Part shown: piece by piece, positions 30,343-39,461 of the stretch
Layout of the letters: every line of letters begins with the position of its first letter
Position numbering within the stretch: position 1 is the stretch's first letter
DNA from: an uncultured delta proteobacterium
Lineage (GTDB): Bacteria; Myxococcota_A; Polyangia; Polyangiales; Polyangiaceae
Length of the DNA stretch: 64,000 nucleotides
Assembly: GCA_963806225.1 (NCBI GenBank)
Contig: CAWDXG010000004.1
Coordinates: forward strand, 2,624,001-2,688,000
Direction of reading: 5' to 3'
Notes under the pieces: generated by a model
Told to the model about the DNA's origin: nothing
Databases searched by the model: none
The model's input: only the letters and a program-made list of their open reading frames with translations
Translations under genes and position numbers: made by a program

Positions 30343-33216
30343 TCAGTCGCCGAACGGACCTGGCCGCGCATCGACGGCGTCGATCGCGTCGGACAGCTCG
30401 CTTCCGCGGCGCAGGCAAGAGTAGCAGTCGCCGAGCCCGAGGAATCCGCAGCCGCGGTGCGACTTCAGGTGCTTGAGCTTGGCGAGCGAACGGCGATCGC
30501 CTTCCTTCTGCACGCGCGGCAACAGCTCCTTCAGCTCGCTACACTTCTTCGTCTTCCGTAGCTCGAGCGCGATCTTCAGCGCCGGCGAAGCCTTGGCGCG
30601 CACCGATTCGCGGTCGAGCAGCTCCTTGGCGTGCTGGGACAGCGGCTTGCGGACCTTGCTGGAGGTCGCCACGTCGTAGATGATGTCGACGCCTGCCGGA
30701 CCGAGCGGCCCCGCGGCGATGTCGAGCGCCGCCGACGAGCTGTGGCTGTCCTCGGCGGCCTTGCGCAGGTCCTCGAGCACGACCGGGTCCTTCTTCAGGC
30801 CGGAGTCCAGGTCTAGGGCGCGCTCGTAGCAGCGCACGGCTGCGGCGAGATCCCCGGCGCGGGTATGCCCCATGCCCAGCGCGCGCCACACCGGCGCGCT
30901 GCGATGCGACGCCGGTTTGGCTTCGAGCTTGGCGATGGCTGCCCGATCGCCTCCTTGAGCTTGTTTGATCTCCTTGTCGAGCTCGGGGTCGCGGACCAGC
31001 TTCTCCTTGGCGCGTTCGAGGACCGAGGGGCCGCTCGAGCCGCCGCCAGCGGCGATCGCGACGCCTCCGACGACGAACACACCCACGACGAGAAGCAGCA
31101 GCGCGGTCGCCGCCAGCGCCCAGACGGGGATCGGCTGACCGCCGACCTCTACGCTGCGCCGCAGCGTCGCCAGCAGGTTGCGGCTCGCGCCCGCCAGCGC
31201 GCGGTTCCCGGCCGCCGGCATCAGTCCTCCCGGCACGCTCACGGCCGGCTGCGCGCCCACCGACAGCGGCCCTCCGAGCATCGTGTCGCCGAGCGCCAGC
31301 GAGCTCAGTCCGGTTTCCGCCATGGCCGCGGGCGGAGAGGGCGTGACGTTTCCTTCCAGCTGCCGCAGGCTGGCGACCAGCTCGTCGCCAGTCTGGATGC
31401 GCTGGTCGGGCGACTTCGCCAGCTGCGTCATCACGAGCCGGGCGAGCTCCGGGTCGACGCCCGGCGACAGGGGCGGCGGCTCGGCAGTCATCTGCCGGGT
31501 CAAGACGCCCACCATGCCCCCGTCGCCCGCGAACGGCGTGCGCCCCTCGAGCATCTCGTAGAGCAGGATGCCGACGGTATACAGATCCGAGCGGGCGTCG
31601 ACCGACTGGCCTACGGCCTGCTCGGGCGACATGTACTCGGGCGTGCCGAACACGCTGCCCACGCGCGTCAGCGCGGGCTGATCGCGCGTATCTTCCGCGC
31701 TCAGCTTCGCGATCCCGAAGTCGAGCACCTTGACGGCGTCCTGCTCGCCCGCGCGAGGCACGAGCATCACGTTGTCGGGTTTCAGGTCGCGGTGCACGAT
31801 GCCCGCGGCATGCGCCGCGGCGAGCGCCGAGGTGACCTGCCTGGCGATGTGCAGCGCGCGAGCCGGGTCGATCGCGCCGCCCTCGTCGAGCACGCGGCGC
31901 AGGCTGCGGCCTTCCACATACTCCAGCACCAGATAGAACGAGCCGTCCTCGAGCCGCCCGAAGTCCTTGGCGCCGGCGACGTTCGGGTGCTCGATGCGCG
32001 CTGCTGCAACCGCTTCGCGCTCGAAGCGCGCGACCACCTCCGGCAGGTAGGTCATCTCGCGGTGCAGCACCTTGATGGCCACGTCCTTCCGCATGTGGAC
32101 GTGCTCGGCGCGGTAGACGGAGCCCATGCCGCCCGAGCCGAGCAGCGCCTCGACGCGGTAGCGGTCGGCCAGCACCTGCCCGATCAGCGCCTCGGCTGCG
32201 TCGTCGTCGCCGGATTCGCTCGCCGGCTCCGGGGCATCGACCTCGGGCGCAGCGGCAATCGTGGGCGCGCGCGCCACGCCGCCGTCGGCCGGCGATGCAG
32301 TGCCGGCCTTTGCGCCCATCACGGTCGACTGCTCGCTGGAGGTGATCCGGCGCTGGGCGAACGCCGGAGGTCTGTCATCCAGCAGCGCCCGCACGTCTTC
32401 CAACATGACCTCTGCATCCGGGTAGCGCGCTTCGCGCGAGAAACCGAGCGCAAGATCCACGACGGCGCACACGCCGACCGGCGTGCCCGGAGCGACGCTG
32501 GCGAGCGGCGGAGCGGGCTTCGATGCCATGGCAACGAGCAGCTCGGAATCGTTGTCCGACTCGTGCACCCGACGCCCGGCGATGATGCGGAACATCATGG
32601 CGCCGAGCGCGAACAGATCGGTGCGCCCGTCGATCTCCTGGGTCTTGCCCAGAGCCTGCTCCGGCGCCATGTAGGGCACCGTGCCGAGTGTGATGCCAGC
32701 ACGCGTCCGGTCCGCCCCGGAGGCGGGATCGAGCAGGCGCGCCACACCGAAATCGAGCAGCTTGACCCGCCCCTCCGCAGTGATGAACAGATTGCCCGGC
32801 TTCAGGTCGCGATGCACGACGCCCTCGGCGTGGGCCACGACCAGCACCTCGAGGATCTGCGCCGTGTAGTCGAGCAGCTCCAAAAGAGGCAGGCCGCGCT
32901 CGCGCTTGAGCCGCTCGGATAGCGGCTCGCCCTCCAGAAGCTCCATCACGATGTACGCCGATTCCGGGTCCGACGCGCCCTGCTCGATGACCTCGACCAC
33001 GCCGGGGTGCGTGACGCGGCTCGCCGTCGAGCCTTCGCGCAGGAAGCGCGAACGGACTTCCTCGCGCTCGCTCATCTCCGGGTGCAGAAGCTTCACCGCG
33101 GCGGTCTGGCCGTCCGGACCGCGCGCGGCGTAGACCGCGGCGGCCGCACCCGTGCCGAGCAGGCGCTCCAGCGTCCAGCGCCCGCCGATCACCTGCCCTA
33201 TACGCAGTGCGGCCAT
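30343..33216 (-). CDS. Tandem dual-domain Ser/Thr protein kinase with TM and TPR-like C-terminus
   Basis: Domain 1: GTGAAAAVY/AVK/HRDLKPGN/DFG/APE. Domain 2: GSGGMGSVY/AIK/HRDLKPDN/DFG/SPE. TM near aa 700. Confidence 0.93.
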   Translation of the reverse strand: MAALRIGQVIGGRWTLERLLGTGAAAAVYAARGPDGQTAAVKLLHPEMSEREEVRSRFLREGSTASRVTHPGVVEVIEQGASDPESAYIVMELLEGEPLSERLKRERGLPLLELLDYTAQILEVLVVAHAEGVVHRDLKPGNLFITAEGRVKLLDFGVARLLDPASGADRTRAGITLGTVPYMAPEQALGKTQEIDGRTDLFALGAMMFRIIAGRRVHESDNDSELLVAMASKPAPPLASVAPGTPVGVCAVVDLALGFSREARYPDAEVMLEDVRALLDDRPPAFAQRRITSSEQSTVMGAKAGTASPADGGVARAPTIAAAPEVDAPEPASESGDDDAAEALIGQVLADRYRVEALLGSGGMGSVYRAEHVHMRKDVAIKVLHREMTYLPEVVARFEREAVAAARIEHPNVAGAKDFGRLEDGSFYLVLEYVEGRSLRRVLDEGGAIDPARALHIARQVTSALAAAHAAGIVHRDLKPDNVMLVPRAGEQDAVKVLDFGIAKLSAEDTRDQPALTRVGSVFGTPEYMSPEQAVGQSVDARSDLYTVGILLYEMLEGRTPFAGDGGMVGVLTRQMTAEPPPLSPGVDPELARLVMTQLAKSPDQRIQTGDELVASLRQLEGNVTPSPPAAMAETGLSSLALGDTMLGGPLSVGAQPAVSVPGGLMPAAGNRALAGASRNLLATLRRSVEVGGQPIPVWALAATALLLLVVGVFVVGGVAIAAGGGSSGPSVLERAKEKLVRDPELDKEIKQAQGGDRAAIAKLEAKPASHRSAPVWRALGMGHTRAGDLAAAVRCYERALDLDSGLKKDPVVLEDLRKAAEDSHSSSAALDIAAGPLGPAGVDIIYDVATSSKVRKPLSQHAKELLDRESVRAKASPALKIALELRKTKKCSELKELLPRVQKEGDRRSLAKLKHLKSHRGCGFLGLGDCYSCLRRGSELSDAIDAVDARPGPFGD

Positions 33217-33365
33217 CTCGTCGGTGTTCGGCAGTGATCCCTCCGGCTCTTCTTTCGACGCAACAGCCCGGCTGATCCTGACGCCCGGCCGGGCCGAATC
33301 CGGAGCCTAGCCCTCTCCGCGGCGGTGTTCTAGCCGCAGTCCGCCAAGGCGGATTTCGGGGCGCA

Positions 33366-34709
33366 TCATGTGCAGAAGTCGCGCACCACGTCGTACAGCA
33401 CGCGCTGGCCCCAACGGAAGCCCGCCACGAGGATCCGCTCGTTGTGGCCGTGGTACATGCGCGTGAAATTCAGGTCGGGGCCGAGCTCCACCGGCGAGAA
33501 ACCGTAGCAGACCGCGCCCAGCTTCGCGTACGCGAAAGAATCGGTGAAGCCCGGGATCATGTAGGGCACCGGCGTCGCCCCCGGCGCGTGCTCGGCGAGC
33601 TTGTTCACGATCGCGTCGTACAGCGGTGTGTCGGACGAGAACACCGTGCCGTCGTGCTGCATGTGCACGCTGAGCTTCAGGTCCGGGCCGACCACCCGCT
33701 GTACCTCGTCGAGGAACTCCTTCACGCTCCTGCCCGGGATCACGCGCCCGTCGACCTGCACGCTCGCCGACGACGGGATCACGTTCACCTTCTTGCCGCC
33801 CGAAAGGATGGTCGGGGAAGTCGTGTTGCGCAGCATGGCGTTGATGCCCATCGCCTGGTCCGGGTTCTTCTTCCCGATGACGTCAAGCAGGCGCCCGGCC
33901 AGCCGCGACTCCAGCAAGAGCGGCATCAGCTTGTTCTGCGGAAATGGCGCGCCGCGCGCCAGCGTGCGCAGGAAGTTCTCCACCACCGGTGTGTTGTGCT
34001 GCGGCAGGCGCGTGCTGCCGAGCGCGGCGATGGCCCGACCGAGCCGCACCACAGCGTTGTTCGCGTGGGGCATGGAGCCGTGGCCCGGTTCGCCCTCGGC
34101 CGTGATCTCGAACCAGCAGATCCCCTTCTCGCTCACCTGGATCGGGTAGAAGCGCTCGTTGCCCATGTAGATGGTGTGGCCCCCCACCTCGTTCAGCACG
34201 TAGTCCGCTCGCACCAGCTCAGGGTGCTTCTCCACCAGGAACACTGCGCCGCGGTTCGAGCCGGCCTCTTCGTCGGCTACTCCCGCGAAGATCACGTCGC
34301 GCTCGAGCTTCGCGCCCTGGCGCTTGAGCAGCACCAGGGCCATCAGTCCCATCGTGACCATGTTCTTCATGTCGATGGCGCCGCGCCCCCAGATGCAGCC
34401 GTCCGCTTCGGTCGCCGCGAACGGCTCGTGCTCCCAGTGCGCGGGGTCGGCCGGCACCACGTCGAGGTGGCCATTCAAGAGCAGAGGGCCCTTTTTCCCG
34501 CTGCCCTCCAGCCGCGCCACGATGCTGGCTCGCGTGGGCTCGCTCTCGTGGATCTCGTAACGGATCCCCTCGCGGTCGAGGATGCGCGCGATGTAGTCGG
34601 CCGCCGGGCGTTCGTTGCCCGGCGGGTTCGTGGTGTCGATCCGGAGCAGGTCCTTGAACCAGCCGATCGATTCGTCGGTGACAGCCTTCCAGTCGAGAGA
34701 CGCTTCCAT
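33366..34709 (-). CDS. M20/M25/M40 family metallo-hydrolase
   Basis: NGHLDVVP, GRGAIDMK, ADEE, NEVG, GFTDS, HGHNER. Confidence 0.92.
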   Translation of the reverse strand: MEASLDWKAVTDESIGWFKDLLRIDTTNPPGNERPAADYIARILDREGIRYEIHESEPTRASIVARLEGSGKKGPLLLNGHLDVVPADPAHWEHEPFAATEADGCIWGRGAIDMKNMVTMGLMALVLLKRQGAKLERDVIFAGVADEEAGSNRGAVFLVEKHPELVRADYVLNEVGGHTIYMGNERFYPIQVSEKGICWFEITAEGEPGHGSMPHANNAVVRLGRAIAALGSTRLPQHNTPVVENFLRTLARGAPFPQNKLMPLLLESRLAGRLLDVIGKKNPDQAMGINAMLRNTTSPTILSGGKKVNVIPSSASVQVDGRVIPGRSVKEFLDEVQRVVGPDLKLSVHMQHDGTVFSSDTPLYDAIVNKLAEHAPGATPVPYMIPGFTDSFAYAKLGAVCYGFSPVELGPDLNFTRMYHGHNERILVAGFRWGQRVLYDVVRDFCT

Positions 34710-34779
34710 GGCGCGCAGGAGCCTACGCGACCAACGGCCGCGCGCGAACCCCTCCTGGTCGCACCCACCCACCCACCGC

Positions 34780-35859
34780 CTAGCCGAGCAGCTTCGTCGC
34801 CAGGAACGAGAGCAGCGGTGCTCCGATGATGACGGCGAAGAGAATCAACCACGCCGCCGGCCGCCCGAAGTTCAGCGTCTGGCCAATGCCGCGGCGCTTG
34901 GGCACAAGCAGCGCGGGGTCGTCGGGCGCGAAGTAGATGAGGCCCTTCGCCTTCCAGCCGGAGGTGTGCGTCCCGAGCACCTCGGAGCCGGCCAGCGCCC
35001 GGATTTCGTCCTGCACGCGCATGAGCGGCCGCAGGTACACGACCAGCGGCAGGAACATCGCGACACCGGCAACCACCAGCGACAGGGCCAGGCCCAGACC
35101 GGGCATGCGCCCGGCGCGCACCGCAATGGCGATCGCGAGCCACATGATGCTGATCGAAAGGTTGGTGCCGATGATGATCCACTCCATGAGCCGCACCATC
35201 AGCGCGCGGCGTTCGCGCTGCAGCGCCGCGTAGCGCTCCGCGTGCTCAGGCGGCAGCGCCCAGCGCTCGCGCGACATACCCCAGGCCACGCCCCACATCA
35301 GAAGCGTATCGAACACCTGGATGAAGCCGAGCCCCCACAGCTCGGTCGGGCTGCCGTAGCGGTTGGCGTGGCCCTGCAGGTCGAAGTGCAGCGGAACGCG
35401 ATCCGGCATGCGCGAGAGGAGCCACAGGAACGCCGCCGCTGTCGCGACGAGCAGCACCAGATTCGCGACCTGGAGCGGCGCCGAGACGTAGCTCGTCGCC
35501 GACGGCTGCTCGCCAAGAGGCACCGTGAAGCGACCCGGCACCCGCTCCACGGGCAGCGAACGCACGAGGCCCACCATCTCGCCCAGCATCCAGGCCGTGG
35601 GCAGGAGCGGCGCCAGGCTCGCCGCGAGCACGAGCGTGCCGCTGGGCTCCGCGACGAACACCAGCGCCGCGGCGAGGAGCGAGACGAGCGCGTTGACCCA
35701 CACGAGGCGCCGCGAGCGCGCGCGGTCCGCGTCGGATAGATCCCGACCCAGATGGATGAAGAACAGCCGCCGCGGATGCGAGACGCGCGCCACCCAGTGG
35801 ATGACGAGCGCCACGCTCGCAATCGAGACAACCAGAGCCATCCTCGCGACCAGCGTCAT
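34780..35859 (-). CDS. DUF1648/DUF5808 membrane protein (SdpI-like)
   Basis: MPDRVPLHFDLQGHANRYG (DUF1648); GLIYFAPDDPALLVPKRRGIGQTLNFG (DUF5808). Confidence 0.85.
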   Translation of the reverse strand: MTLVARMALVVSIASVALVIHWVARVSHPRRLFFIHLGRDLSDADRARSRRLVWVNALVSLLAAALVFVAEPSGTLVLAASLAPLLPTAWMLGEMVGLVRSLPVERVPGRFTVPLGEQPSATSYVSAPLQVANLVLLVATAAAFLWLLSRMPDRVPLHFDLQGHANRYGSPTELWGLGFIQVFDTLLMWGVAWGMSRERWALPPEHAERYAALQRERRALMVRLMEWIIIGTNLSISIMWLAIAIAVRAGRMPGLGLALSLVVAGVAMFLPLVVYLRPLMRVQDEIRALAGSEVLGTHTSGWKAKGLIYFAPDDPALLVPKRRGIGQTLNFGRPAAWLILFAVIIGAPLLSFLATKLLG

Positions 35860-36287
35860 GCTCCACCTCCGTCAGCACCGCCCGCCGCGCGGGCAGCAAA
35901 GAAACGATCCAGCGCGCCGCGGATCAGCTCCTCGATCCGCTTGCGATCCGCTCCAGCGAGCACCCAGCGACTGATCAGGTCGTCGAGCCGCCGCTCGTCG
36001 TCGGGCGCCATCGCCGAGCGATACGGCGCGTCGGGGATACGCACGCGCGCGCTCGCCCCTTGCCGGAGCTCCACGAGCCCCTCGTCGGCAAGCGCCCGGT
36101 AGGCGCGGGCCACGGTGTTCAGGTTCACTCCCACCTGCGAACCCAGCTGCCGCACACTCGGCAGCCCGGCCCCGTCCTCGAGCTCACCGCGAGCCACAAG
36201 TCCCCGGATTTCATCCGCTATCTGTCGATAGACCGGGACTGCACTGTCGAAGTCCACGGTGATCGATGGGTTCGTCTCGGCGGCCAT
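35856..36287 (-). CDS. GntR family (YtrA-like) transcriptional regulator
   Basis: PVYRQI..LPSVRQL..VNLNTVARAY..L..EG, short C-terminal domain; 4-nt overlap with the downstream gene. Confidence 0.92.
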   Translation of the reverse strand: MAAETNPSITVDFDSAVPVYRQIADEIRGLVARGELEDGAGLPSVRQLGSQVGVNLNTVARAYRALADEGLVELRQGASARVRIPDAPYRSAMAPDDERRLDDLISRWVLAGADRKRIEELIRGALDRFFAARAAGGADGGGA

Positions 36288-36288
36288 G

Positions 36289-36324
36289 TGTCTACTGTAT
36301 GCGTACAGTATACAGCCGTGTCAA
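36289..36324 (-). promoter_or_regulatory. Putative GntR operator and promoter for the gntR operon
   Basis: Perfect inverted repeat TACTGTA-TGCG-TACAGTA (36293-36310). On the minus strand, TTGACA at 36324-36319 and TACAGT at 36299-36294, 6 nt before the ATG. Confidence 0.65.
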
Positions 36325-36376
36325 GGGCTTCCGCGGCGCCCGCATCCCGAGCAGAGTCGGTCCTCCGGAGGGCGAG

Positions 36377-37366
36377 ATGGACGACACGGTACTGGTCACC
36401 GGAGGCTGCGGCTTCCTCGGAAGCGCCATCGTGCGCTCGCTCGTCGAGCGCGGGCGGCGCGTGCGCGTGCTCGCGCTGCCCAGCGAACCTACGGACAACG
36501 TCGCGGGGCTCGACGTGGAGATCATGCGCGGCAACGTGCTGTCGCGGCAGGATGCCGAGCGCGCCGTCGACGGTGTGTCGACCGTGTTCCACGCCGCTGC
36601 CATCTACAAGGCGTGGATGCCCGACCCCACACCCATGTACGAGGTCAACTCGAGCGGCACGTTCAACATGCTGGAAGCAGCGCGCCGCACCGGGGCGGGC
36701 GTCGTGTACACCGCGAGCATCGTCGCGCTCGGGCGTCCGACGGAGGGCACGGTCGGCAACGAGGCTACGCCGTACGAAGGCTGGGACATCGACTTTCCGT
36801 ACAGCCGCGCCAAGTACCACAGCTACAACGTCGCCTGCGACTTCGCGCGCTGGGGACTCGACGTGCGCGTCGTGTGCCCGGGCATCGTGTTCGGCCCAGG
36901 TGACATCGGGCCCACGCCGTCCGGCAAGCTCATCATCAACTCGCTCAAGGGCAGCCCACCCGTGTACATGGACGGCGGCGCCAGTTACGTCGACGTGCGC
37001 GACGCTGCGGAAGTGCACGCGCTCGCAGCGGAGAAGGGCCGCGCCGGCGAGACGTATCTCGCCACCGCGCACAACCTGACGAACCTCGAGCTATTGCAGG
37101 CCATCGGCCGCGCCACCGGGAAAGAGCGGCGCTTGTTCAAGATCCCGGTCGGTATGGCCCGCGCCGCGGTCGCCGGGATGGAGCGCGTTGCGCGCCGCAC
37201 CGGCAAGGAGCCGCTGCTCAGCCGCAGCTTCTTCGAGTACAGCCTCAAGCCCTCGTTCTACTCGAACGAGAAAGCCCGCAGCGAGCTCGGCGCCAGCTTC
37301 CGCCCTGTGGACGAGACGATCCGCGATGCCATCACGTATTTCCGCGAGCGCGGACTCCTGCGCTAG
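36377..37366 (+). CDS. NAD-dependent epimerase/dehydratase (HpnA/dihydroflavonol reductase-like)
   Basis: VTGGCGFLG, FHAAA, YTAS, YSRAK, PGDIGPTPSG, VDVRD. Confidence 0.9.
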   Translation: MDDTVLVTGGCGFLGSAIVRSLVERGRRVRVLALPSEPTDNVAGLDVEIMRGNVLSRQDAERAVDGVSTVFHAAAIYKAWMPDPTPMYEVNSSGTFNMLEAARRTGAGVVYTASIVALGRPTEGTVGNEATPYEGWDIDFPYSRAKYHSYNVACDFARWGLDVRVVCPGIVFGPGDIGPTPSGKLIINSLKGSPPVYMDGGASYVDVRDAAEVHALAAEKGRAGETYLATAHNLTNLELLQAIGRATGKERRLFKIPVGMARAAVAGMERVARRTGKEPLLSRSFFEYSLKPSFYSNEKARSELGASFRPVDETIRDAITYFRERGLLR

Positions 37367-37509
37367 CACGCCGATTGCCATCCGGACCCATGCCGAGCGA
37401 TCGCGCTGACCGCGCCGCGGCCCTACGCCCGCACCCCCTCAAACGTGGAAAATGAATCGGGAAAGGCCGCATCATGACGCGGATCAATCGAGCGTGATAC
37501 CCTGCGTTT

Positions 37510-37761
37510 ATGGTCTGGAACGGGGCTCGCCAGTTGATCCTTCCTGCGGCATTGGCCGTCACCACGTTCGCCGTGGCCGGCGCCATCATGTCCTGCGGCG
37601 GCGGCAGCTCGCCGGCACCGAAAAAGTACACCGCGTGCAAGGATCTACCCAACTCCTACTGCCAGAAGTGCAAGGATTCCCAGGGCGATGTCATCTGTGG
37701 GCCGAGCACGACGAACTGCTACGACGCCAACGGTGGCTGCGTACCCGGCAGTAGTGGTTGA
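37510..37761 (+). CDS. Small Cys-rich lipoprotein / candidate precursor peptide (83 aa)
   Basis: Hydrophobic leader ending IMSC, then 6 Cys in a 35-aa core; stop is 6 nt before the next ATG. Confidence 0.75.
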   Translation: MVWNGARQLILPAALAVTTFAVAGAIMSCGGGSSPAPKKYTACKDLPNSYCQKCKDSQGDVICGPSTTNCYDANGGCVPGSSG

Positions 37762-37767
37762 TAGCGC

Positions 37768-39279
37768 ATGGCGGTCCGGTCCGGACCGCGAGTAGCCGAG
37801 ACGATGTCCGACAACGCCCGCTGGCGGCGCGCGAGAGTCGTGCGCATCTACGACACGCTCGACACGACGGTCCTCGTCGGACCCGACTCTCGTGCGCACC
37901 AGCTCCGCGCCGAGTCCGCCGAGCTGGCGAACGCGCTGTTGTTTTTCCTGCTCGAGCCGAGGACCCGCGCGGAAATCATCGAACATGTCGAGGCGCTCAC
38001 GGGAGCGGAGCTCGGCGACGCCGCTGTGGTCGATCAGCTGATCGGGCTGCTTCTCGAGACCGGCGCGATCGAGCCGTTCGAGCCGGAGGACGCGCCGCCG
38101 GTGATCCGCCGGCATCCGCGCGTGGTCCTGGCCCTGTCGGGCGCGGTGAATGCCATGCACGCGCCGGGGATGGTGAAATGGCTGCTCGATCGCGGCTTCG
38201 AAGTGCGGGTAGCGGCCACCAGGAACGCTCTCCGCTTCATCAACACGTTCGCCATCGAGTCGCTGGTGCACCACCCGGTGGCCGCGGATATCTTCGAGGG
38301 CGAGACGCGGGTTCCGCACATCGACCTCGCGACCTGGGCCGAGGCGGTGCTCCTATGGCCGGCGACTGGAACGACCCTGTCCCGGCTTGCGACGGGCGAC
38401 TACGACTCGCTCGTGTCCGCGGTCGCGCTGGCCACCTCGGCACCCGTGGTCGTCGTACCGTCGATGAACGGGGGCATGTACATGAGCTCCGCCGTGCAGC
38501 GCAACATCGAGCAGCTGGTGAAGGACGGCATGCATGTGCTCCATCCTTCGTTCGGCATCGAGGTCGCCGACGCCCCGCTCGAGCGACAGCAGAAGCTCGG
38601 CCCGGCGCCGCCAATCGGAGTCGTGGTGCAGATGCTCGAGACCGTGATCGCGCTCCACCGCGCGGGGCGGAGGTACACCCCGGAAAATGGTCTGGAATGG
38701 GACCAGGTGTACGCATCGCAGCCTCTCGAGCAGCTCCCCTGGTACGCCGAGGCCGCGGATAGGGATCTGATCGAGCTCTTCGACCGGCTGGCCCCCGCGA
38801 AGGCCCTGGTGCTGGATATCGGGACCGGCCTCGGGCAGTTGGCCGTGGCGGCCGCCGAGCGCGGCCACCAGGTGGTGGCGACCAACGTCTCGAAGCGCGC
38901 GCTCGAAGCAGCGGCCGAGCGCGCCCCCGCTTCGCCGGTGCTCTGGCTCGAGGACGACATCACGAAGAGCCGCATCCACCGGCAGTTCAACGTCGCCATC
39001 GATCGGGGCTGTCTACACCTTCTCGAACCCGATGCTGCCGCGCGCTATGCCGAGAGCGTTGCCGCGCTGCTCCGGCCCGGCGGGTTCCTGGTAGTCAAGA
39101 CCCACGACATGAAGGAGGGCGACCGTCACGGCACGGTGCCCTACACGCGCGCAGCGCTCGAGGAGCTCTTCGAGAACGCGTTCGAGATCGTCGAGGAGCG
39201 CGCGAGCGACTTCCCCGGTCCCCACGAGACGCCCGGCGCCCGGCTCTTTGCACTGCGGCGGCGGACTTCTTCAGACTGA
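37768..39279 (+). CDS. RRE-like domain + HFCD (LanD/EpiD-like) flavoprotein + class I SAM methyltransferase fusion
   Basis: HFCD motifs VVLALSG, PHIDL, PATGTT, PSMNGGMY; methyltransferase WDQVY..LPW..VLDIGTGLG..IDRGCLH; N-terminal 3-strand/3-helix pattern ending LLETGAI. Confidence 0.82.
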   Translation: MAVRSGPRVAETMSDNARWRRARVVRIYDTLDTTVLVGPDSRAHQLRAESAELANALLFFLLEPRTRAEIIEHVEALTGAELGDAAVVDQLIGLLLETGAIEPFEPEDAPPVIRRHPRVVLALSGAVNAMHAPGMVKWLLDRGFEVRVAATRNALRFINTFAIESLVHHPVAADIFEGETRVPHIDLATWAEAVLLWPATGTTLSRLATGDYDSLVSAVALATSAPVVVVPSMNGGMYMSSAVQRNIEQLVKDGMHVLHPSFGIEVADAPLERQQKLGPAPPIGVVVQMLETVIALHRAGRRYTPENGLEWDQVYASQPLEQLPWYAEAADRDLIELFDRLAPAKALVLDIGTGLGQLAVAAAERGHQVVATNVSKRALEAAAERAPASPVLWLEDDITKSRIHRQFNVAIDRGCLHLLEPDAAARYAESVAALLRPGGFLVVKTHDMKEGDRHGTVPYTRAALEELFENAFEIVEERASDFPGPHETPGARLFALRRRTSSD

Positions 39280-39461
39280 CGGCCGCGGAGGCAGCGCACC
39301 CAGGAGTGGGTACGCGGGCCAGGGGCCCCGGCCCGCCACATTGGCGCGGCCCCGGCAGCACGCATTGACAGCCTGTCACCGCGGCCGCGTCCGGAAACGA
39401 CGATCCGCCGGGATTTCCGCCCCGGAGTGGGCTGGCATCGGGCTTGCTCTAGGCAGCCCCC

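Noticed and set aside
37768..39279. Housekeeping coaBC/coaC
   Set aside because: No ACG clamp Cys, no CoaB ligase domain, and extra N-terminal and methyltransferase domains.
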